Below, in pieces: positions 49,065 to 58,865 of a stretch of 64,000 bases of DNA. Source of the DNA: Paraspadella gotoi. Lineage: Eukaryota; Animalia; Chaetognatha. The stretch spans positions 26,044,851 through 26,108,850 of the forward strand of contig CM119266.1 of the NCBI GenBank assembly GCA_051294375.1. Direction: 5' to 3'. The number at the start of each line of letters is the position of its first letter. Within the stretch, counting starts at the first letter, position 1. Below the pieces are notes generated by a model that made no database searches, was not told where the DNA came from, and worked only from the letters and a program-made list of their open reading frames with translations. The translations under genes and the position numbers were made by a program.

Positions 49065-52000
49065 GTTACGATTTTTTTGAGGAAGCACGAAATGAACCTC
49101 TTTTTCTACTTTCTAATGATTTTTTAAACGACGGTAAATAGACAGTTTATTAGCGAGGCGAGCTTAACGTCCCGGTCCCGCCGTCAGGTCGTTACAAATC
49201 CGACGTTTCGTCCCAAGCGTCGTCGTCTTCGACCCAGGGCGTCGGCGAAGATGGCGGCGCTGGCGGCGACAGCGCCGAATCCGGAGAGACGCAAGTGATC
49301 ATCAAAGTGCCGACCCGCGCCAACGGACCCGAGGATCTTATCAAAGCTATCGAGGGACATCTCGGCACCAACTTGTAGGCCGAGATTATCGAGGATGAAA
49401 AATTATAATCATATAAATATAAAGCAATTGTCAACTTCATCACCTTGACAACGATTACGCATAATTATAAGGTCTTCGGACGGGATTCGCGTCAACGGAA
49501 AAGTTCTTAAGGACAAGAGCAATGAAGGGAAGTATCAATGGGATTTCGACATTAGCCCGTTGGAAAGTGACTCAGCAGCAGCGCCGAACAACAATAACGA
49601 GTCCTTGAATCTATATAGGTGACAATGAAATATTAATCAAAACATTAGTTAATTAATTTTAGCATGTTTTTTGTATGGAACTGCTAGTAAAAACTACCAA
49701 TTTTCCGTTTTAAATTCTCAAAAATGCCGCCGAAACCTACTAGTACTCGTTTGCAATGTAATTTGCGCCCTTTTTCGAAATAATCTTTTGTTTTTTTTAA
49801 CTCGCTCTTTTACCGCGGCAACGACTCATTTCTTCATCTGACGGATCAGTGTACAAAACTTGTGCGACAACTCGCTCCCACCGATGCTACAAACAAAAGG
49901 CTACGTTCATCTACCGACGGACAGCGGCAGAAACGAAGTGTGTCTCTGCCAAAAGATAGAGAAAGTCAAGAAGGGAACGGGTTAGGTTTGAAATATATAT
50001 TTTCAGAGGATAATCTAACGAAAGATGATTTTAAAAAATGTATACAACCGGCTCACATGCTTAAAAATAACCCCCTTCCCATTTCCAGACGACGAACCAG
50101 AGGACGAGGACGACGACGACGACGACGACGATGAAGACGAGTTCGACTGCGAGTGTCGCGAGATTAATGAGACATCCTCCAGCCTCATCACCTGGCTGCT
50201 TGGCCGATCCAGAGGCGTAGAGCCGCAGTCCGAGTCCGGCGTCGACCAGCTCTTCACCGAAATCGTCCCACCCTTCAACAATGCGCGCGAAGAGAGCGAC
50301 GACGACGACGACGACGAAGACCGCCATGCCGACGACGAATTGGACGAAGAATTTATCGACGAAATGAACGCAACGACCTCCAATGAAGGTCTTTAAAAAA
50401 TATACATTTTTTGAAATGATACTGTGGCTGAATGCTCGTCCCCGTTATGGCTTACAGCATTCATATAGGTTACATCATTTAATTTTTCCTTCCCCTTCCC
50501 CTTCCCCTCCGCCCGGTCCCCCGTTTCTTGCACAAACAGAAAGGCCACCTATACGCACCGGTGGTAAGTATATTCACGTTGCTGCAGTCGTCGTCTTTCT
50601 TGCTTTATATTATTACATGCTACATTGTTTTCCGCAGAGTGTCGACCCTTCTGCTGCCCCGAGCCGGAGCCGCCGCCACCGCCGCCGCCGTGCCCGGACC
50701 CCAGGTTCGATTGCGGCTGCATCGTCGCCGAACCAGGAGAGACGATTTCACAGGTGAGACAACGAGTGAAGATGGTGAGGAAATTAACGGGCAATTTTCT
50801 AGATAATCTCTCTCTCTCTCGAATCGATATTGTCTTCTTTTTTTTCTTCCCCATCTTTTTCTTTCCTTATCCCCCAGGCGATCCGCCTGCAACACGGCGA
50901 GAACGCTGACTACGGCCAACAGGTTCTCGTCAACGTCTGCAACGACGAAAGATGCGGCGTTGGTCACGTCGTCACCACCTTCGTCGACTGCGACACCCAC
51001 GTGCCGGAAGGCGAAGCCAAGTAAGGGGGGGGTTGTCGAAAGGGGCGAGTGTCATTTTTCTTTTGTCGGATAAAAATATGATAAACATGAACGATATTTT
51101 GTCGCAGGGAATGCGATCTCCGCGTGGAGGCGTGCACTGATGAGACCAAGTGCAGGGCGGAGGTTTCGGTTAAGCACGCCCGTCTCGCCACGAACGAATC
51201 GATCATTGAGAAGTTGTTTTTCGCAAAGGACAAGTGCAGAGGTTAAAGGAGAAAAGAAAAGATGTTAAAGGAGAAAAGAGAATAAAATATCTAAAGGTAA
51301 CCCACTTCGCCTTTCAGAAAGAAACACGTGCGCGCCTGAAGTCGACGTGAAATTCGTGCCTCTGCCGCCCTGCGATCCCCAGCCCAAATATTGTTACGAG
51401 AAAGACATCGAGATGGTGGTAAGACTTTTTTTGGGTCATTGTCGGCCCAAGGAACTACTTATGGCGGGCTCCGGAGAGTGACGATAGCAAATAATGTTTT
51501 TGAAGTAGAGAGAATAAAAAAATAGGCGATCAACTTGAGAAAGAAAAGTAATTTACTTTCTTTTCTTTTTTTTTTGCGTTTTTGTTTTTGTTTTTGTTTT
51601 TTTTTTAATTTTAGGTGGAGAACGACAGCGATTGCGGCGACGTACGAGTCGAATATTCGCTGCGAAACTGCAGGTCGGTTTTTTTAAGAAAGCGGCTACG
51701 CATCTCCACAAGACAGTTTTCGGTCGGTCAGTCGGTTACTTATATCGTTTTATTAATCATTTGTTCGTACTGCTACCTTACCGCAGGAAAGTGTCGCCTT
51801 GCCCGGATGGTGGGGATTGCGGCATGGAGGGCGAGGTGCTGATCGAGGCCTTCACCGACGAGTCCAAGTGCGTCGCGAGGATCGAAGTGGAGAACGGATG
51901 TCCGATCCCGAATTCCGATCCCGATATTAATGCCAACGTCATCGAGAAGCTCATGAGTGAGTAAGGCGGAGGGTCTAAGAGTTGGTAGGTTTTTTTTGGT

Positions 52001-55000
52001 TATTTTTTTAAATAAAAATATTCATTAGTTACTCTGTTTTCTTGCTTCTGTTTTTGAATATCAGTTAATTTGTCACTTAGACAAACGAACTTTATACGAA
52101 TGCTTAGAATGTAGTTAAGTTTCAATCCGTTTTACTTTTTACCTTGAGAATATATAATATAAAAATAAATAAACAAAAAGATAAATCATTGATTAAAAAA
52201 TTTACAATAAATAAATGAACTGATAAATAAACGAAGAAAAAATAAATAGATAAATACCCAAATAAGGAAAATTAAAAATTTTTAAAAACATTTAAAAACC
52301 CCTACTCCAACTGTCCCACTCAAGCTCCAGAAAAACCCTGTCCACCTCCGACCTTCACCTGCGACACGGAAAACCCCGTCGTCCGCGTCATCGTGGAGAA
52401 AAAGTCGGAAGCGAATTGCTCCCCGGGCAAAGCTCAGTCGTGCATAACAACCTGCGTCGACTCCCTTCTCCCGTCCAAGCCGTCCTGCCCCGGCTCAGCT
52501 CCGGCCCTCTGCGACTCTCTGCCGGAGGACGAATGCACGATTTTCGTGGACGTGGACATCGCGACGCGGCAGGCTCACGTGACGCCCGCCTGCAACTCGT
52601 CCTGCAACAAACGTCGCCAATCGGAGTCGAGCCTCATCGACGACGCCGCCGACGCCGTTTGCGGCAAGAAGAAGAAGCTGACCTGTAAGGAGCCGCACAT
52701 CGAGTTGAGGATCACGGACAGCGACGAGTGCGACGACGGGTGTGGAGAAATCAACGTCGAGGTTGGGGGCATATTTTTATTATGTTAGGTTGGGATATTA
52801 TAATCTCTTTTTTTATTACTACTTTTTTTAATATTTAAAGTATTTTTAAATCATGTTTTGTACCATCATTTATTGATAGTTGATTAGATTTAATGTAAGA
52901 ATTGGTTATATCGGTTTGATTTGATCGATTGTTTTTACTGATGGTTTGATTGAGTTATTCATTGATTAATTGATCGATTAAACGTTTGTATTAATGCATG
53001 ATTTTACGAGAATGATCAATTGGTTTTAATTGATTTATTTAATAAAATCAAACCTCCGAATGAATTGCTGGTTAATTGATTGAATCATTTCCATCATTTG
53101 ATTGATCGATTGATCGATCGCAGCTGGAGATGCACGGACGGTCGAACGAGATGCTGGACGTGGAGTTCGATCCTCCGGAAGAAAACTGCGACGTGAAGTT
53201 CGTTTGTCCGAAGGACATCAAACCCTGTGAAGGTTGGTGAAAGGAGAGAAAGACGACGACGATAACGGGGATGACGTAACTCAAATAACCACGAAGATGA
53301 CGATTAAAAAATGGATGATAATGATAATGATAATGATAATGACGCCGATAACTACCGCCTAAAAACTTCTATAAAAATCATCGATGGTTATTAAGGAAAA
53401 TGATTAAGGATTTAGAATGACAACGGACAACCGAAACAACATGAGACCAACTCGCCGTCATACCGACAACTACCTCGACCAAACCCCCCCCATTCCACCC
53501 ACACGCAGACCCCCTCATCATCAACGTGGACATCAGCCCGGACGGTTGCCCGGAAGTAAGGGTGGAACCGCCGAAACCCAAGCCCGGCTTCATTGACAAG
53601 TGTTGCGAGTCAGTGATGCCGAAGCCAAAGAAGAAGTGCCCGACGGGGCGTTCGGTCGAGGACAAGAAGTGCCGGGCATCGACGCCGATGCCGCCGCAGT
53701 GTCCGCGCACGCCGCAGCCGGATTACCGCCCGGGCGGTCGGGATCCGGCGCCGCGGAGTTTCGTGGATTCCTGCTGCGACTCCGTCATCAACGCCGAGCC
53801 GGTTTGCCCGCCGCCTCCTTGTCCTGCGCCTCCTCCCCAGCCTACGTGCTCGGCGCCACCTGCAAAGCCGACGTCTCCGCCGGAGCACGCTAAGCCGACG
53901 TGCCCGGCGGAGCCTGCGAAGCCAAAGTGCCCGGCGGAGCCTGCGAAGCCAACGTGCCCGGCGGAGCCTGCGAAGCCAACGTGCCCGGCGGAGCCAAAAC
54001 CTTCCAACCAACCGAAACCGTCGTGTCCCGTGCATTCCGGACAGCAACCCTCCCCTCCCAAAGCTGAGGAAAAGCCCTGCCCGGTTCATTCTGGACAGCA
54101 ACCGTGCCCTCCAAAGCCTTGCCCGGTTCATCCTGCCCCGCAACCTTGTCCTCCAAAGCCATCCGAGAAGCCCTGCCCCGTGCATCCTACCCCGCCACCG
54201 TGCCCGCCACCCTGCCCGCAACCTTGCCCGGTACATCCTGCACCGCCACCATGTCCCTCACCCTGTCCACCGCCTTGTCCGCCGCCTTGTCCGCAACCTT
54301 GCCCAGTGCATCCTGCACCGCCGCCCTGTCCGCCTAAGCCTTGCAAACAGCCCTGCCCAGCGAATGATCCTTGTCCGGCAAAGAGCGAGGAGGGGACTTG
54401 CGAGGAGGAACCGCTCTGCCCTGACGATCCTAAACTGACGACGCCTTGCCCGCCAGAAGGAAAAGACGAGGAGTGCACCACTCAGGACGTGGTTAGTTCT
54501 TGAGCCTAAATTAAGAAGGCGCGACGGTTTATTGAAATGCCAGGATTTTTTACTAATAAAATGTCTTTCTTCTCTTCATTCTCTCATTCTCTCTCAAACT
54601 TAACCCTTAGTGCTGCTGCGGCTCGATCTGCGCTCGGCTGCCTGACGAGCTCTCCCGCAATGCCTGCCGCGGGGACTGTAAGGCGGATCCGCCCATCTGC
54701 TTTGGCAAGGACGACGGAACCTGCATCGCCTGTTGCGACAAGGCCTTCGAGGATCCTCTGGAGCAGGAGGCCTGCAAAGAGGCCTGCGCGGCGGAGAAAT
54801 GTCTAAGTAGCTGCGAGAAGATTTGCGAATCCTGCGGAGAAATCGATGAGCGGGAAGAGGAGTGCGATTGCGAGGAGGAGGAGCATGGTAAAATACAAAG
54901 TGGGGGGTGGAGGAGGCGGTTTTGTTTGTTACTTTATTCGTTTCGTTTTTTTGTTGTTTTTTTTCCTTCCTCGATTTTTGATAGAAAGAATTTTTACAAT

Positions 55001-55564
55001 AATCACGAAAACACGACTCTCTTGTGTTTTTTTTTTTTTTTTGTTGTTGTTCACTTTCTAATACATATCCTTTGAATCTTGATTGTAAATTTAATTCAAC
55101 ATTTTTCTCCCTTCCATCATTCCCTACTCTTTGCCTCTCTCCCTTCTCTCTCACTGACCCCCCTCCCTCCAGAATGCCCCCCGAACCCCCGCTGGGCCTG
55201 CGAGCCCTTCCAGCCGACGATCGAGTACTCCTGCGATTGCTTCCCCAAGGTCAGGGGCAAGCGGCCCTGCGACCTTGAACTATGCGAAGTCCCTGACTTT
55301 CCGGGCAAGAAGCCTTCCATCATCATGAGGACCTGCACTAGCTGCAAGGTGGAGAAGATGCCGCGGGAGATGTACGACTGGAGCGTGCCGTGCCCACTGG
55401 TGCCCGATTTCCCGTCTATGAAAGTGTCCAAGCACCCGGCCAAGTGCAACCCGGACGAGGTGCCCGACTTTCCCGGCAGGTAAGGAGAGCTTTGTTTGTT
55501 CATTTATTTTTTTCACAAACTCATGCGATTAATATCGAATTAAGACATTGAGGCAGCTTTAAAA

Positions 55565-55620
<56 letters not shown>

Positions 55621-57801
55621 AAATTCCACTTCACATCACCGGCCATGGTTTGTTTCAGATGCAAGAAGGGTCCCTGTGGTGAGCGAATCGTAGTCGGATG
55701 CCCCACCTGCATCGATGAGCCGCAACCCGACCCGAAAGTCACCGACGGCATCCGACCCTTTGTGGAGCAGGCGAAGCTTTTCTGCTCTCAACTCTGCACA
55801 GAAGCGAGGAAGACCATGAACTTTCAGGTTGTATCGTTGTGAAGTCCCGTCTCCTGAGGGCGCGATTATTAAGGGGAAAAAAAGAACAATCGGTCTTGTT
55901 TTGATTTTTTTTTTTTAATCTTCTGTCATTCATTGACCCAAATGTATTGCGCTAATTAATGCAATAAATAATTTTGATGCTCATTTCACATTACACAATG
56001 CAAACTTGAACGTGGGACGTTTTACAATCAGGACGACGAGATTTGCGAATGGGACGACACTCGCCTCTGTCCGGACGAAGTGGTTTGGCGAGGATGCGGA
56101 AACAAAAAACCCGAATGCGATAGGAAGATGTGTCTGCGTTTGGTGGAGTGGAAGAAAGAGGCTAAAGTCAGTAGGAGAGAGAGAAAGGGAGGGAGAGATG
56201 GATGGATAGATATATAGATGGATTGATAGATAGAGAAAGAGAGATAGAGAGAGAGATACGGCGATATTTTAGAGCGATAGAGAGACCAAGAGAGTTAAAG
56301 AGAGATATAAAAGAGAGAGAGCGATGAGATTGACAGAAAAATAGAGAGCGATAGAAAGAGAGTGAGAAAAGAGAGAGATAAAAAGAGAGCGCTAAAGATA
56401 AATAAATAGATAAAAGAGACAACAATGAAAACGCGTCCTTTCCCTCCCCTTTAGTATCGACGCTGCGGTCGCCCGTTCGACTACCCCGATCTCCCATTCA
56501 TCCTCCGCAACAAAGTTTGCCCGTCTTGCCCGACGCTGCCGACCCGCAAGGAACGCTGCGCCGCAGAGTGTCGCAAGGCCTGCGGCGCCGAGCCCATCTG
56601 CCGTCCGCCGGGTCCTAGGCCCAAAGAGCCTTGCGACCTGATCAGCGGGCCCTCGCCGACCAACAAGCTCTCTTGCGACGGAACTTACCCACAGCCCAAA
56701 CTCATAGGCGGCCCAGACGACCACTGCAACGAGGAATGCGGTACTTACGGCACGGCCGCTGAGATGGACCCCAACGATCCATGGGCCCCTACCTACGAGG
56801 ATTACCTTGTCTGCCCGCCCAAGGGGTGGGAGTGGGTGGAGGTGGACGAATGTTGCCCTCCGCCGCCCAACATCCACGCCTGCGATCCCAAGTGCAAGCC
56901 GCCAAAGTGCCCGCCCTGGGAGGCGGCCAAAGAGCAGGCCAAGTAAGTGTAAAAGGGAAGCAATTTAGTTCATGATTTTCTGTCCCCCTTCAACCCTTTC
57001 CCGACTTCGCCTGTCACCCAAACCTTTCCTTTTCTCCCTTTGTCCTCGCAAACCAAGAGCCGACAAGAAGCGACTTCGCCGGGAGAAAAAAGCGCAGCTC
57101 CTCCCCACCAAGGGCAAGGACGGGAAGACCGACGACTGCCTCGTCGGCCGCTGCGACAACTGCGGCCTCTGCGGCTGCACCTGCCTCAAGAAGAAGGGCT
57201 TCTGCGACTGCGACGGCACCACCGGCGACAAATGCGGCGCTGCCCACGTCATCGACGTTAAGTGCGCGCTGGGGATTACGCCGGAGGACTTTTGCGCCGA
57301 GGGAGAAACGTGCGACGACGACAACTTGAACAACGACGACCTCATGAACGACGGCTACGACGACAACGACAACAGCGACGCCGAGACGATCGCTGGAGAA
57401 GGGGCCAACAACGAAAACAACGCCGCCGAATTAAAGAGCATGGACTGCGACATTTGCAAAATCGATTGCGACTTTCCCGACAGGTGGTTGAGGGAAAGAA
57501 GAGGGAATGTTTAAATATTCATTTAAATTAGTTTAAAATGTAAATTAATTTTCTTCCATAAAGGTGTCCACCTCCCTGCGACCCGTCTTGCGGCGATCCC
57601 TATGGCGATCCGTGCTGCCAGGGACCCTGCGTCGGATCCAACGCCGACGTCGTCGAGGAAGATCCCGAGACCTTCGAGTGGTGCATCGATTGCGTCGTCA
57701 AGCACTCTGTCGAATATCATTTGGGAAAGTTGCCGGATGAAATAGACGACGCGGATCTTAAGCTGGACATTTGCAAGTGAGTTGGGAGAAAGAAAGAAAA
57801 A

Positions 57802-57837
<36 letters not shown>

Positions 57838-58647
57838 AAAAAAGGGGAAAAAAAGAAAAAAAGAAAGAAAGTTAAATAGGAAAACATCTAAGAAAACCCC
57901 AATCTCTCCGTAGGTGGTGCCCTGAACTGGAGGAGGCGAACCCCTGCAACTGCACAGGCAACAGATGGGACGAGGAGACGGAGGAGGAAGAGTTAGAGGA
58001 CATCATCTGCGGGATCCAGTGTCCGATGGAGTGGGAGGACGTGCGCAAAGAGGACATACCAGAGGACTGCGTTGCCGAGTGCCCTTACCCACCGGGTGAG
58101 ATGGAGGACCTTTATTTACCTAAATTTATTTATCTCAATTTATATACTTCATGAATTTTAAATGAACAATCTCTGTCTCTCTCTTAGTGTTACTACTTCT
58201 CTGGCTCTCTCCTTTCTAGCCTGCTTTGGAATTTATTGTAGATAATGCCTTTCTGTTGCCTCGGTTCTGTGTCAACTTTACGCCGAGTCTCTCCCTCTCT
58301 CTTCTTTCCTTAGTGCGTTTCAAAATCTATCCACTTTCTTGAATTGTTTATTTATTTTTTATTTATATAATACACTTAATAAATTGCTATCAGACGACCC
58401 GGCCTGGGACGATCCCGACGAGGAGTGTTGCGAGGACGACGGCCCCGATTGCGAGAAGCTCGCCAAGGAGCACGAAAAGATCGTCAAGCTGAAGAAGCAC
58501 GAACTGCGGGAGAAGATCAAGCACATGAAGATGGCCGAACGCATCCGCTGCAACATCGTCGACTGTCAGCCAGTCGAGTGCGAAGATGACGAGTGCCACC
58601 CATTGGTCAATGGCTCATGCAATAATGACGGAGAGGTGAGTGAGTGC

Positions 58648-58695
<48 letters not shown>

Positions 58696-58865
58696 AAGAG
58701 AGAGATCGGTAGAGGATCATGATGTTCAGTTTTTAATTTTTACAGTTACCGCTGCTGGCCAACGCATCCTTCAATAACGACGGAAGGGTGAGTGAGAGAG
58801 AGAGAGATCGGTAGTGTCAGAATACTCTGGTGCAACCCAAAGAAATCCCATTTGTTTAGAAATGA
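48977..58865 (+). CDS. Large multi-exon Cys/Pro/acid-rich protein of unknown family (~1863 aa, 26 exons)
   Basis: Hand-spliced GT-AG model with consistent phases and no internal stops: 48977-49064, 49188-49374, 49472-49618, 49850-49980, 50089-50388, 50540-50563, 50638-50753, 50878-51020, 51108-51241, 51318-51418, 51615-51673, 51787-51956, 52325(or 52331)-52761, 53124-53232, 53509-54491, 54611-54887, 55173-55479, 55659-55827, 56032-56142, 56455-56942, 57058-57483, 57564-57776, 57914-58095, 58394-58635, 58746-58787, 58860-58865 (AAA TGA). Sum 5592 nt. Exons are GC-rich islands in AT-rich introns. First and last exons are least certain. Confidence 0.85.
50089..50388 (+). CDS. Acidic (poly-Asp/Glu) exon of the Cys-rich gene
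   Basis: TTTCCAG acceptor, 300 nt, phase 1-1. Encodes DDEPEDEDDDDDDDDEDEFDCEC...EMNATTSNE. Confidence 0.8.
50540..50563 (+). CDS. 24-nt microexon of the Cys-rich gene (ERPPIRTG)
   Basis: AAACAG acceptor and perfect G|GTAAGT donor; symmetric phase 1-1. Confidence 0.6.
52325..52761 (+). CDS. Cys-rich exon (…PEKPCPPPTFTCDTENP…DECDDGCGEINVE)
   Basis: Open GC-rich frame overlapping ORF 52393-52788; GAG|GTTGGG donor. Confidence 0.85.
53509..54491 (+). CDS. Large Pro/Cys repeat exon (PAEPAKPTC and PCPVHP/PCPPP repeats)
   Basis: ACGCAG acceptor, 983 nt, overlaps ORF 53526-54503. Tandem 27-nt PAEPAKP(T/K)C units, then repeated PCPVH(S/P)…PCPP units. Confidence 0.9.
54611..58635 (+). CDS. C-terminal Cys/acid-rich exons 16-24 of the same gene
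   Basis: Nine GT-AG exons in frame, e.g. CCCGSICARLPDELSRNACRGDC, EVPDFPG repeats, CDNCGLCGCTC and a Lys/Glu-rich helix KLAKEHEKIVKLKKHELREKIKHMK. Confidence 0.85.
55568..55619. repeat. (TTA)n intronic microsatellite
   Basis: Seen directly, in intron 17 of the Cys-rich gene. Confidence 0.95.

Noticed and set aside
49188-49378. Segment ending in TAG (…EGHLGTNL*) read as the last exon of a ghrelin-like peptide precursor joined to 27532-27615
   Set aside because: TT|GTAGGC is a phase-2 donor that continues in frame into 49472, and a nearby in-phase first exon exists at 48977. The resemblance is weak low-complexity similarity.
53860-54000. CRISPR-like regularly spaced repeats
   Set aside because: Eukaryotic coding tandem repeat without unique spacers or cas genes.
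53610-54481. Long antisense ORFs over the Pro/Cys exon
   Set aside because: Shadow ORFs of a GC-rich repetitive coding exon.
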